From positions 46,812,001-46,876,000 of the forward strand of contig NC_045696.1 of NCBI RefSeq assembly GCF_009834535.1: a stretch of 64,000 bases of DNA. The letters are read 5' to 3'. This document shows positions 51,101-60,786 of this stretch, one piece after another. The DNA is from Camelus ferus (taxonomy: Eukaryota). Each line of letters begins with the position of its first letter. Position 1 is the stretch's first letter. The translations under genes were made by a program, and so were the position numbers. The notes under the pieces were generated by a model. The model was not told the origin of the DNA. It saw only the letters and a list, made by a program, of their open reading frames with translations, and ran no database searches.

Positions 51101-51474
51101 TCTCTACAGTTAATTTTTGCGCGAGGTGAACGGTTTGGAGTCCTCCTCGGTGTGGGCATCTGGAGGTGGAAAATAGGAAAAGATGAGCCCCGCTCTCACC
51201 CAGGGGAAAGAGGAAGAGGAGGTAAAAGGAAGAAAGGAAGGGGGCGCCGATTACCCGCGGGGCCCTCCCACGTCCGCACCCGGAGAGTGCAGGGCCCGCG
51301 CGTCCCGTACCCCGGCCACCCTCTCCAGGGCGCCGCCGGGCAAGACGGGGCGCAGCCCATACGCCCGCGGGGCTGCCGCGGGGGCGGCGAGACACCAGCC
51401 GCGGACCCAAGAGCAAGTGACCACTCACCGCAGCACGCCGAACCCAGCAGCAGCACCACCACCAGGGGCCACAT
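5208..51474 (-). CDS. CD47: CD47 (integrin-associated protein), spliced span of 11 coding exons; 321 aa longest isoform
   Basis: Coding exons of 46+348+90+108+93+93+93+32+25+33+5 = 966 nt join in frame through GT-AG introns. The translation [42 protein letters not shown]...[35 protein letters not shown]...[10 protein letters not shown]...[26 protein letters not shown] matches the CD47 layout: signal peptide, IgV domain, five TM helices, short tail. Confidence 0.99.
7020..7045. repeat. A26 homopolymer (U26 on the pre-mRNA)
   Basis: Read directly from the sequence. Confidence 0.95.
7129..7161 (-). CDS. CD47: CD47 exon 10 (alternative tail exon)
   Basis: cttag|CATTTAAAGAATCAAAAGGAATGATGAATGATG|gtaagt; 33 nt; [11 protein letters not shown]. 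Confidence 0.96.
7168..7197 (-). promoter_or_regulatory. branch point TACTAAC plus ACTAAT (paired QKI-type elements) upstream of exon 10
   Basis: TACTAAC at 7191-7197 and ACTAAT at 7168-7173 on the pre-mRNA strand. Confidence 0.7.
7777..7801 (-). CDS. CD47: CD47 exon 9 (alternative tail microexon)
   Basis: ttccag|AAAGCTGTAGAGGAACCCCTTAATG|gtatgt; 25 nt; KAVEEPLN. Confidence 0.96.
9141..9172 (-). CDS. CD47: CD47 exon 8 (cytoplasmic tail)
   Basis: tatcag|CTTCTG ... CCAAGG|gtaagt; 32 nt; [11 protein letters not shown]. Confidence 0.96.
9648..10545 (-). mobile_element. putative old solo LTR (family not identified)
   Basis: GC-rich block of about 900 bp in an AT-rich intron, bounded by TGTAACC...GCCTACA on the minus strand; no clear TSD. 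Confidence 0.35.
14117..14209 (-). CDS. CD47: CD47 exon 7 (TM5)
   Basis: tttacag|AGTGTG ... GTTTTG|gtaagt; 93 nt; [31 protein letters not shown]. Confidence 0.97.
14615..15450 (+). mobile_element. L1 3' fragment (L1MB/L1MC-like)
   Basis: ORF2 end motif (gttgacaaggatgtgga...cattgctggtggtaatgcaaaatggt), L1MC-type 3'UTR, A-rich tail. Confidence 0.85.
15542..15634 (-). CDS. CD47: CD47 exon 6 (TM4)
   Basis: ctccag|CTATTG ... TCTCAG|gtaaga; 93 nt; [31 protein letters not shown]. Confidence 0.97.
16687..16779 (-). CDS. CD47: CD47 exon 5 (TM3)
   Basis: taacag|GTGAAT ... ATAATAG|gtaagt; 93 nt; [31 protein letters not shown]. Confidence 0.97.
17427..17922 (+). mobile_element. MaLR solo LTR (MLT1-like)
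   Basis: Starts tgtagtgggttgaatgg and ends gtggtaatttgttacagcagccctaggaaactaa; ends about 65 bp from the exon 4 donor. Confidence 0.85.
17989..18096 (-). CDS. CD47: CD47 exon 4 (TM2)
   Basis: tttaaag|CACTCC ... CCCAG|gtaaga; 108 nt; [36 protein letters not shown]. Confidence 0.97.
18315..18478 (-). mobile_element. tRNA-derived SINE (camelid vic-1-like)
   Basis: ggggattgaatccaggacctcatgcatgctaagcatacgctctaccgctgagc; 13-bp TSD tggatgctgaatt at 18302-18314 and 18479-18491. Confidence 0.85.
18552..18760 (+). mobile_element. MER20-like hAT-Charlie element
   Basis: tttctcaa...ccccaagttgtgtcaatcaaaaatgtttccagacatt...aaatgtc matches the recalled MER20 consensus. Confidence 0.75.
20790..21580 (-). 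mobile_element. L1MC-like 3' fragment
   Basis: gcagttttaggttttacaacaaaactgagagggaggtaca...ccattcacctactgaagggcatcttggttgcttccaagttttggc. Confidence 0.82.
23713..24750. mobile_element. Tigger-family (TcMar) DNA transposon remnant
   Basis: TA-flanked ends (tacagctgtccttgct ... agcaaggactccttgtgta) and repeated aatttcagttacca. Confidence 0.65.
26012..26260 (+). mobile_element. MIR SINE
   Basis: ggttcaaatcccgg...ctgtgcctc...aataacagtacctacc...catagtgcctg. Confidence 0.75.
31329..31808 (-). mobile_element. nested chimeric retroposon (L1 3' fragment, unrelated AT-rich tail, polyA)
   Basis: 13-bp TSD tatcttgtttctt at 31316-31328 and 31809-31821; AATAAA at 31348-31353 (minus strand) before an A-rich tail. 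Confidence 0.75.
32164..32246. repeat. compound (TA)/(TG)/(CA) microsatellite inside the L1
   Basis: Read directly from the sequence. Confidence 0.9.
35536..35625 (-). CDS. CD47: CD47 exon 3 (SWF linker and TM1)
   Basis: cccag|TTTCATGG ... ATTGTGA|gtaagt; 90 nt; [30 protein letters not shown]. Confidence 0.98.
   Translation of the reverse strand, partial: FHGFLQMKISSLLFSQFWLYFCFGDSLVL
35870..36125 (+). mobile_element. MIR SINE
   Basis: tctggagcca...cctggttttgaaaccc...ctgtgaccttggaca...cttaa. Confidence 0.7.
37395..37600. mobile_element. L2 fragment
   Basis: gctcaggccaaaaatcttggagtcatccttgactcc...ctaccttcaaaatata. Confidence 0.75.
39247..39594 (-). CDS. CD47: CD47 exon 2 (IgV domain)
   Basis: ttccag|GTTCAGCTCAG ... 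CGTATTG|gtaaga; 348 nt; conserved Cys residues, [21 protein letters not shown]. Confidence 0.99.
40750..40990 (+). mobile_element. MIR SINE (degenerate)
   Basis: cctgagtataaatcctatctctgtcactt...accttaagcaattcacttaac. Confidence 0.6.
41810..42583 (+). mobile_element. 5'-truncated L1 (ORF2 end and 3'UTR) with an internal (TA)n(CA)n repeat
   Basis: gtggagaaaagggaaccctcctacactgttggtgg...; TSD taaaattacc(c/g)ttta at 41795-41809 and 42584-42598 (14/15). Confidence 0.92.
43661..43766 (-). mobile_element. tRNA-derived SINE (camelid vic-1-like)
   Basis: Poly-T tail followed by gaattgaacc...cgtgcatgctcagcatgcgctc...actgagctataccc; perfect 14-bp TSD gccttcaatctttt at 43647-43660 and 43767-43780. Confidence 0.87.
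44180..45300. mobile_element. degenerate L2 fragments
   Basis: C/T-rich L2-type phrases (ctcctaactagctccctgcttccag, tttccacctgtatgtcctacag...caaaatgtccaaaa). Confidence 0.55.
45320..45560 (+). mobile_element. MIR SINE
   Basis: gtatgaccttaggtaagttacttaatttctgtatctcagtctcctcatctgtaaaatg. Confidence 0.85.
46040..47500. mobile_element. degenerate L2 fragments (opposite orientation)
   Basis: ggcttgaaggatgagtagga, gtaatagtccag, gagaatcc...gtagag; purine-rich. Confidence 0.5.
51429..51474 (-). CDS. CD47: CD47 exon 1 coding part (signal peptide [15 protein letters not shown])
   Basis: GGAGATGTGG start; donor GCG|gtgagt; 46 nt. Confidence 0.98.
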
Positions 51475-51669
51475 CTCCGCATCCGCCGCGGAGTCGGATC
51501 GCGCCGCCGCTGCCGCCGCCGCAGGTGTCTGGAGCAGGCGCCGCCGCCGTCACACAGAGGACAGTCCACCGCCTCCCGTTACAGGCAGGACCCGCTGCCC
51601 AGGCTGCCTGGCCGCGCGCGCGCACGCTCGCTCCCGCCACCCCACGCTCGCTCCCCCGCCCGCGCGGGC

Positions 51670-51681
51670 CGCGCACGCGCA
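51670..51681 (-). promoter_or_regulatory. NRF1 (alpha-Pal) element TGCGCGTGCGCG
   Basis: 12-mer at -207..-196 from the ATG; an NRF1 site is an established element of the CD47 core promoter. Confidence 0.8.
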
Positions 51682-52416
51682 CTCGGCCTCGGCCTCGCCC
51701 CCGCCCCGCCGCCGCGACTGTTGACGCGGCGGCGCCCTTCCGACTCACGGCTTCAAGTTCCCGCTCCCGCCGCTGCCGGGCGGTGGCGCGCACCCGGGCT
51801 TCCCGGTCACGCCCTGCCGCCCCGTCTTCCGCCCCGCGTCAGTGTCCCTGCCCCCACCGGAGGCTGAGGGTGTGCTCCCACGCTCACCGGGGACCTCAGT
51901 GCACCCGTCCCAGTCTGCAGTTCCCTTTTTACCTCTCGCACCGCCCTGGGCCCCACCGTCCTCTCCGCTGGTACCCTCCAGCTTTCGCTCCTACCCCCAC
52001 GCTTCAAGAACTATCCCAAGGTGCTGCTCACCCCGACCTCAGAGCCCCGGCCCCGCACCAGCCCCTGATCTCTCGCCCCTCTCGGCATCAGACGTCCTCC
52101 CGCGCGCTTCGACCCCGACGCCTCCACGCCTCTCACCTCTGCCCATTTTCCCCTAAGTTCCGCCGCTGCCGCCGAAGCGCACACCGCCTGGGGGCGTCTC
52201 CACGCTTCCCATGCCGGCAGCGAGCTCGAGGGCGCCCCGCCGCGGGCAGGGCGGTGGCGAGTGCCTGTCCGCAGGGAACGTACACTCGTCCTTCTTGGAC
52301 TCCCGCGCCCTCCTCCGTTCACTTGCCTCCATCTGCTTTTGTTTTCCCCAGCGGCTCCCAGGTTCTCGGCTTTCTCTGTCGCCTTGTTGGTACTGTTTTC
52401 AACCTCTGTACAGGAC

Positions 52417-52548
52417 TGCTCAGTGCTAGAGTGTGCGCTTAGCATGCACGAGGTCCCTGGGTTCAATCCCCAGTACCTCCATTAAATAAACAAGTAAACA
52501 AATAAATCTAGTTATCTACCCATCTGCCCCACCCCCACCCCGAAAAAT
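52417..52548 (+). mobile_element. tRNA-derived SINE (camelid vic-1-like), 5' end eroded
   Basis: gctcagtgctagagtgtgcgcttagcatgcacgaggtccctgggttcaatccccagtacctccattaaataaa; B-box ggttcaatccc. Confidence 0.85.
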
Positions 52549-54929
52549 AAGATTAAGCTTTCGCAACTATGCTGATGTTGGGCAGCTAGGCTATTCTAAC
52601 CTTTTGGTATCACAAGTTCCACCCGTGGTGGTAAATAAACACTTTGAGATGTGGTTAGCGCTGAAACCCCAGGGGCGATCAGGTACGGTCGCAGATGTTA
52701 GAAGAGGAATCCAAGACATCTGTTCCTGTAGTGCATTGAGCCCGGTTTGTGACCTAGCCATGTGCATTCCTCTATGCTATTTGGGTTTAGCATGCTTGGA
52801 AAATGGGTTCAAAGTGTGGCTTCAAGCCACAATATAGACAAGGTCTTTGAGAATCTCACTGAATCACACTTCATCTTGAAGCAAAAACCCTTTTAGAACT
52901 CCTTTAACATTTATACTCAATGATGAAAATGCTTGTCAAAAAGTCACGCTCCGGTGGCTACTCTAATGGGGGTGCATATCCTGCCCACTCTCTTGGTTGT
53001 TTTTCTCCTAATTGCTGGAAAAGAAAGCAATTTCCCACCACAATATTCTCCTCCAAATCATCTACCCATGGCGTCTCCTCCATTGTATCCCCATAGAAAT
53101 GAAATCCAGGGGACAAAAATGCCACTCTCTGACCCTCTGTAGCAGTTATATATACCATGTAACTTTTCCGTATAATTTATGTTGTGTAAACCTCTTCTCC
53201 ACAGCATTATCATTTTAAAAAAAAAAACAAAACAGGAAGAGTATTTGAAGTATCTACTTCTGCAAGACTTCCTGTTGAACTGGGCAAACAGAAGGAGTTT
53301 AATAAATGTGTTGATGTGACTTGAGGCAAGCCTTGCTCCAGTGAAATTTGATTGTTTTTTAATGATTCAAAAAAGAAAGAAAGAAAGAAAAAAACAATTG
53401 CCTGGCAGATATCTCACTAAAACAATGGTTAATAATTATGGTGGTAATGATTAGAACGGCAGCCTCATTGACACCCTGAGGCTACCAAAGGGACTAATGG
53501 ATTCTCCTCCAACTGCTGCTTCTATGGATACAAAAGAATCATCCATCAGACTTTGAGCATTCGGGACATTGTGTATCACCGAGCAGCTGGTTGGCTAAAT
53601 AAGGCTGTCAGCTGTCCCTGAGATCAACCAACCTCCCTAAAGCTGAAGAGTGACTGGAAAGGACTGTCCCCAACCTTCAGAGGTACAGATCAGTGATGTC
53701 CTGTTTTATCCTGGGAGCTGCTGAGGCTGTGTGCTTAAAATGGCATTGTGCAGAAAATGGAATACACTTAAGTCAGGTGAATGACAGGCCACCTGAGTGA
53801 TCACCTCTGTCCTTGGGAATCTAGCTGGGATGTGTTTTGATGATGGGGCAGGAGGAGGCCTGCGCCACAAGAGACAATCCAAAGCAACCTGCCTAGGTTT
53901 GATGACCTTCTCTCTGAGATAACCTTGGGCTCCCTTCTCTAGTATCTAACCATCTCACATTTGTGTTTCTTTTTGAACATTTGTAAGCATTTTTACTTGG
54001 ATTTTGAGCTCATCTTCACGTGAGGGGTTTTCTTGGGTGGAAGCCAAGGGAGTAATACATTTTAGAACATTTTGAACAGAGGTAATACACATTAGGTATA
54101 TTACCTAAGTTAATCTCCATAACAGCCTTGGCATAGGCATTATGATTTTCACGTTAGGGATGAGGAAACAAAGGAAACAAAGGTAAGAAAGATAATGAGC
54201 TTTTGGCCTATGGTTCTGTGTGATACTTCTCTCTCTGTCTCCCTCGTTTGTATCTACCTCCCTTGGCCCCTTTTTCCTACTTTTTCTTTTCACTCTATAA
54301 CATTAAAGATGTTATTGTTTCCCCTTTATAGATGGATACATTTACAACCCCAGAACAATTGCTACCTTTTAGCATTGTCATTATCCTTTATAGATGAGGA
54401 AAGTGAAGCTTGCTCACAAGCTCAGGGAGGGGATTGTGGCTGGTCTGACTCCAAGGCCAGTGGAAATGTTCACAAACTTCTCTTCTCAATTCATGGCCAA
54501 CTCCTCTTTCTTTCACTTTCATCTTAACAGTACATCTGCTTTTATCTTCCTCCCCAAACTGTATTTACATCCTACTCCATAGTCCATATTGATAATTGCC
54601 TAAAATTTTATAGTGATACAGGGATATCCTCACTGTAATTTTCATTCAGCTAGACATTTCTTTTTGCCCATGCTGGTGTGCCACGCAGTGCCGTGCATTA
54701 TCTCCTGATACTCTCGCGAGTTAGCTCAGAACCTACTCTGCATGGCCTGTGCTTTGTGCTGAGCCGGATGCACCTTTCTGCATAAGTCGGCCTACATCAA
54801 AGGATCCCGCAGTAGACCAAAGCCCAGGATAATCTCGCTATTAAAGTCCCCTTCTCTGTGTTTTAGTCTTGTTTGGTGTGTATCAGTTACCTTATTATAT
54901 TGAAAGTACCCATTTGTGTGGCTGTCTTC

Positions 54930-55075
54930 CTGTTCAATAGTGGCTCTTTCCTAGACTGTAAGCCCAGTGAGGGGAGACCACATGAGTCGTGTTCACTGCT
55001 ACCCCCACTGCCTGGCGCGTAGTAGGTCATCCACAAATGGGTGTTAAAAAGATGAATGAACGAATGATAAATAAA
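54930..55075 (+). mobile_element. L2 3' end
   Basis: ctagactgtaagccc...tgttcactgct...tgcctggc...tagtagg...gaatgaacgaatga. Confidence 0.75.
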
Positions 55076-55864
55076 CCACTCAAGGACAGGAACTCTGTCT
55101 TCCATGAGTGTCTGGCAAAGTACTAGCATAAAGGGCTGTCCAGTGAGCTGAAAACCTATGAGCTAAACTATCAAACTAACCCTGACACTTATCTGATATA
55201 CCAGGCATGTTTATAGTCACTAAGTTCCAATTTTTGGCTTATCAATCATCAAGCTAGTTGCAGTACATGATGAGTATTCTCTCTCTTCTTAGTGTCTCTG
55301 AATATACAGGGTTTGTGGGGTTTTGTGTTTGGTTGGTTGGTTTGTTGGTTTTTTAAATGAAGTTCTTGTATTTTTAACACTTCTGGCTAATGTGACTTCC
55401 GTGCTGTGGTCAGGCACTTTCCATGCTGGGACTATTCTGCTCTCTGGCTTCTGTGCTTTAATCAAGCTGTTCCCTCTGCTTCATATGTCCTTCCCCATGT
55501 TTTCTTCTTCTCCCTTCAACCCAAAGAACTCAAACTCATCCTTTAAGGCCAAATTTTACCTCCTCCAAGCAGCCTTTCTCAACCCTCCTTTTCCTCTTTC
55601 CCATAACTCCCTGCCACTTTGCAGAGCTGGTAACCTCTTCCATTACACTTCTGTTCATGCTGCTTATAAAATGTGTCAATATCTATTTCTCCTACATATC
55701 TGTCTCCTTTTCTACCGTGTTAGCTGGGGAAAAAAGTGAAATGTTTCTGGGTATATTTGTATCTCCAGGGTCTGGCACAGTGCCTGGTTGAGATCTAAGG
55801 GCTCTGTATGTGTGTTAAATCAATCAGGAGACATCAATGTGCTACATAGTCTACAGAAACATTT

Positions 55865-56095
55865 TAGCTTAGGTTTCAGTTCCAGCTCCAGCCGTGGACT
55901 ACCAGTCACCCTGGAGAAGTTACTTAACCTTCCTGAGCCCTAGTTTCCTCATTTTCAAAGCTAGGTGATAAAAGTAATATAGAAATTAACTCTTCAAATT
56001 TCCTTGAGCATTTAATGTTAACGCTTTTACAGTCACACAGAGCAGTGCCGGGTGCACAGTAAGCGCATAATCAATATTAGCCCTTATTATTATGG
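55865..56095 (+). mobile_element. MIR SINE
   Basis: aagttacttaaccttcctgagccctagtttcctcatt...cagtgccgggtgcacagtaagcgc. Confidence 0.78.
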
Positions 56096-56914
56096 CCTTA
56101 TAGTGAGATAGGCCTCCTAGAAGGGCAGTGAAAATTATTTCCAAAGGATCCCCAGTTGCTGGTCTGGAGGCTTGAAAAAGTACTGTGAGTTGCTGGACTG
56201 TCTCCAATTTTGATTCTGTGTCCAGTGGGCAGTTCTTAATCCCCTCACTCTTCTGTGCATTTTGTTGGTGACTGAATGCTGAGGGACCCACATCTCTGTC
56301 GCCTGGCCCGGAGCCCAGTGTCCCTAGGGTGTTATTTCAACTTGACCCAGTTATTAAAGCCTAGGAGCCCTGGTCATTAAGTAGAGCAGTGTAGCAGTGA
56401 AGGCCTGTGCTCTCTGGGCAAGGACTGGGTTTGGTTGGTTAGGCAGCTGGAAGATACTGACGTGTGGTTGGAGAGATGGACTTGTCTTAGGGAAACAGAA
56501 GGAAGGCTCCAGCAGCAGGAAATAATCTGCCTCAGGGTGGGAGGATGGTAGGAAGGTTTCAAGTAAGAGAAATCCTACCAGAGAGATGAGTCTGATCTGG
56601 TGTGAATTTCCTTGTGGATGTCACGTGTGCACAGGCTTGTCTTCTGAGGTCGGGGAGAAGCACAGCATGTCCTGCTCCTCCTGCTGCTGCTGGAGGCTAC
56701 TCCTGTGGGGGAGCCCATACTCATGACAGCTGGAAGCATTAGAGAAAGGCAGCTTCTAGGTTGGGTTGTAAAATCGCAGCAGGCTTACTTCTCTAAGAGC
56801 ACATAACATGCAGGGTCCTGGGAAGGCCCCATGTATCTTGCCTAACTCACCTCTTTGAGGGCAGATAACATACATGCAGTGGGTCATACTATGCACCAAG
56901 ACCTCACTGTGCTA

Positions 56915-57546
56915 GGGTATTATTTTCTATTGCTGCCGGAACAAATTACCACCAATATGGGAGCTTAAGACAACACGCGTTTATGATCTCACAGTTCTGT
57001 AGGTCAGAAGTCCAGTGGGCTCAGCTGGTTTCTCTGTCTGGTCTCACGAGGCCAAAATCGAGGCATTGACTGGGCTGCTTTTCCTTCTGAAGGCTCTAGG
57101 GGAGAATCCACTTCCAGGATCATTCAGGCGGTTGGCAGAATTCAGTATCTATAGGACTGAGGTCCACATTTCCTTGCTGGCTGCCATCTAGGGGGGACCC
57201 TTAGCATCTAGAGGCCTCTTCTGGGCCATTGTGTGCAGTTGCACGCCATCTCCAAACATGTCAGAACTAGCAAAGGTGCACAACATCCTTCTTATGCTGT
57301 CATATCTCTTCTGCCGCCCCCTCTGCCACATTTGTGTGACTGATTCTTCTGCCTTCCTCTTCTACTTTTAAGTGCTCAAGTGATTAGATTGGGCCCCTCG
57401 GGTAATCCCGGATAATCTCCCTATTTTAAGGTCTGTAACCTTAATCACAGCTATAAAGTCTCTTTTGCCATGTAAAGTAACATTTTCGAAGATTCCCAGT
57501 GATTAGGACTCGGAAATCTTTGGGAGGCACTATTCTGCCTACCACA
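56915..57546 (-). mobile_element. MaLR solo LTR (MLT1-like)
   Basis: gtattattttctattgctgcc...acaaattaccac...tattctgcctaccaca. Confidence 0.85.
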
Positions 57547-58365
57547 GTTAGGTTCCTTTCATGGTTATGTCCCTCAACCCTCATAACAGCCCAGAAAGGG
57601 AAGCATTGTTATACCTACTGTGCATGTGAAGAAACTGTGATTCAGAGAGGGGTATATCATAGGTAGTAAATGGTGGAGCTGGAGTTTAATCTTGCTTCAG
57701 CGCTCACCCTCCTTCCTCTTCTAGAGAGAAGAAATAGTGGGAGCAAAGCAACCGTGTGATCTGTCACTCTCACTGCTATTCCAACAATTGCTTTTACTGG
57801 CACTTCTCAACTAAAAGTGAGGCAGTTACCACTGTATCCACCAAATTTCCAGTTCCCCTTCTAGGTACCAGATAAGTGTATCCCCTGGGTATCAGCAGAA
57901 AACAGGTGGCACACTCAAATGAAGTTATTTACAGGAGATTGATAAAGGGACTGTTTACCAGCATGTGGGAAGGGTTAAGAGAAACTGACAAGGAGTGGCC
58001 AAGTGCTGTCAGCTAACAGTAACTGCTGCCCCATTACCAGAAGAAGAAAGGAGAAGCTGAAGGAGGGCTGCTGGACATGAGCTTGTGGCCTTTGACAGAA
58101 GAACCCAGCTACCATCTGCCTGGTAGAGAGGAAGGTGGTAAAGTCAGTACTCAGACTTGACTCTCTCCTACCCTCTGGACTCCTGCTGTGGGAGTCTCAG
58201 CCAGAAGCCAGAGGGGACAGGGTCTGCTCATGCAGTTCTTGAAGCTCAGCTTTCCAGTCTCAGCAGAGTTTGGAAGGGTGGAGAGTTGATCTTGGGGAGA
58301 CTGTACATTAGTGCAAGATGGTCCCCCCAACCAACCTTGAAATTAGTGTGGCTAACTTTGCCCAG

Positions 58366-58805
58366 TGCATTAATTTCCTAGAGCTGCCCTCACAAATGAC
58401 CATAAACAAGGGGGCTTAAAACCAGAGAAATTTATTCTTTCATAGTTCTAGGGGCGAGAAGTCTGAAATCAAGGTGTCGGCAGAATCATGCTCTCTCTGA
58501 AGGCTCTAGAGAAGAGTCCTTTCTTACCTCTTCCTAGCTTCTGGTAGATCCTGACACTCCTTGGCTTGAGCTGCAACACTCCATCCCCTGCCTCTGTCTC
58601 CAGATGCCCTTCTGCTCTTTCTGTATGTCCTCTCTTTTAATAAGGACACCAATCATTAGAGTTAGGACCCATCCTAAATTTAGTACGATATCATCTCCAG
58701 ATCCTTAACCAAATACATCTTCAAGGGTCATATTTCTAAAAAAGATCACATTCTGAGGTTCCAGGAGTGGATGTGAATTTGGAGAGACTAGTCTTCAACC
58801 CACTG
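58366..58805 (-). mobile_element. MaLR solo LTR (MLT1-like)
   Basis: tttcctagagctgcc...ggcttaaaacc...agtctgaaatcaaggtgtcggcag...ttcaacccact. Confidence 0.85.
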
Positions 58806-59837
58806 TAGCCAATAAAATGTGTTCGTTCTGAGCAAAAGCCTAAGATTTGCCTCTCTCTTTCCCTCCTGCATGGCAAGCAGCAGTGCTCCAGACAGCGGCT
58901 GCTCCCTCAGCCTGGGTCCTGGGGTGAAGATGAAACAAAGCAGAGCCCCAGCTGACCTACAAAGGGAACATGACTAGAATAGAAATAAATGTGTCATCTC
59001 TCCTGAAGGGATACCATCTAAAAGTATTTGATGACCACAGCCCAGCCCTTCAGAGATATTTCCAGCAGCTAAGGCAGCTCCCCATTTCCTGCCTTACATA
59101 CAAAACCCCCCTTGAATCCTAGTGTTAACCAAAACCACTGTTCCTCTTAGTCCCAGCTCCACTGGCAGCACTTTCCTCCTCTTTGGGCCAAGGTGTAGAA
59201 AGAAAGAAGTTTTAAAGACCGTCTTTTATAGCCTTAGCAAGTTTTCTAGGAAAAAGAATGAATGCCAGCGCCCATGGGTGTTCTTTGAAAGTAGCTGTGT
59301 ACATCTCAGGCTGACAGTCTGGTCTCCAGTTTCAGAAGAGTTCCCCACCTGTGGCAGCCAGGAATGCCTGCCCAGGAACCTTTGTTCTCGGTCTGAACTG
59401 GCGCTCTCCAGGTGTGCCCCTCCCTGCCCTACCATGGCCACAGTGCAGAATTACTCAAGACACCATGCCTCATGAAGCTTGCTTATTGATGCTACAGGAG
59501 TTCTCTGGGGGCATCTGCCAATCTGCTTTCCTCTAATGCTGCTCTAATTGCTATGGGTGTGGGCCAGGGACTCAGACGACCATCAGATGGGCTTTAAAAG
59601 TGAAGTGGATGAACTAGGATCAAACTGCCAGACAAAGCAGATGCACATATTTGGAATCATGAGAACGTTTGCCTGGTTCTACATGCCTTTCACCTCACTT
59701 ACCTGTCTGTCTTGAACGGCAGCCTGGGCTTGAAGGCGCCCACTGCCAACTGCTGTTGCAGCCACAGCGTCCACTCTCCCCCCAGTCATAGTTCCCACGA
59801 GTAGGAGAAAAAGGAAAAGTCAGAAACACTGTGCTTA

Positions 59838-60015
59838 GAGGGGTGGTTCTCCAAGTGTGGTGCCTGGATTGGCAGCCCGCACAGCACCTGGGAACTTGTT
59901 GAAATGTAAACTCTTGGGCTTTATCCCAAAAACTCTGGAGTAGGGCCTAACAACTTGTGTTTTAGGGAGTCTTCCAGGAGATTGTGGTGCAAACTAGAGT
60001 TTGATAGCCACCAGC
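59838..60015. mobile_element. MER5A-like hAT element
   Basis: gtggttctccaagtgtgg...cagcacctgggaacttgttgaaatg...agtttgatagccac. Confidence 0.75.
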
Positions 60016-60370
60016 TTATAGCCACCTCAAAAGTCAGGTGGCCTGCCTAGGATGTCGTCTATCTTGGAAAAAATACGTCAGCTTGTTTGTCCCCTTTAAT
60101 ATGGTGGGAAAGACCCGCCTATGGTACAGCGGAGACTCCCTGGGAACCCCGGTAATCTCCTGGCCCTCTGGGCATTTTGTATTAGCTGTAGGACACAAGC
60201 GCTAGTTGGGCTGTGGCTGCAGCCTGGACATAAAATCATTCAGCTCCAAGAGAAGCCTCTCACCTGGAAGCAGCATTTCTCTGACATCTCATGGTGAAGG
60301 AGCACATATCCTACCTTTGTTTTGAGAGAAACCAATGTGTGCTTCCTAGTGGCTTGAGGATCTCTTTAGT

Positions 60371-60786
60371 TTTTTTTTTTTTAATTGAAGTATAGTCGGT
60401 TTACAATGTTCTGTTAATTTCTAGTGTGCAGGACAGTGATTCATTTATACATATGTATATTCCTTTTCCTATTCTTTTTCATTATAGGCCATTGCAAAGT
60501 ATTGAATATAGTTCCCTGTGCTGTACAGTAGGACCTTGTTGCTTATCTATTTTATATGTAGTAGTTAGTATCTATAAATCCGGACTGCCAGTTTATCCCT
60601 CCCCACCCTCTTCCCCCCGACCCCTGGTAACCATAAGTTTGTTTTCTATGTCTGTGTGTCTGTCCCTGTTTTGTAAATAAGTTCATTTGTGTCCTTTTTT
60701 TTTTTTTTTTTTTTTTTAGATTCCATATAGAAGTGATCTCATGTGGTATTTTTCCTTCTCTTTCTGGCTCACTTCACTAAGCATGA
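60371..60786 (-). mobile_element. young 5'-truncated L1 (3'UTR only)
   Basis: Poly-T followed by aattgaagtatagtcggtttacaatgtt; perfect 16-bp TSD tgaggatctctttagt at 60355-60370 and 60787-60802. Confidence 0.92.

Larger units (their letters stand above)
50750..52350. promoter_or_regulatory. CpG island / TATA-less CD47 promoter spanning exon 1
   Basis: Abrupt shift to very high GC and CpG density; several GC boxes (CCCCGCCC), ETS-like CTTCCG, E2F-like TTCCCGC. Confidence 0.93.

Noticed and set aside
52417..52480. tRNA gene
   Set aside because: The tRNA-like head runs into a SINE tail, and sister copies have TSDs and poly(A); it is a SINE
50883..52485. Long ORFs over the promoter (419, 228, 190 and 151 aa)
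   Set aside because: Arg/Pro/Ala/Gly-rich translations in several frames on both strands are expected from stop-codon scarcity in a CpG island; no recognisable domain
54712..54802. Near-BANP motif TCTCGCGAGT and TCF/LEF-like ACATCAAAG upstream of the promoter
   Set aside because: Isolated short motifs outside the CpG island with no other support
56110..56130. Possible CTCF site ggcctcctagaagggcagtg
   Set aside because: Spacing does not fit the CCnCnAGnnGGC core
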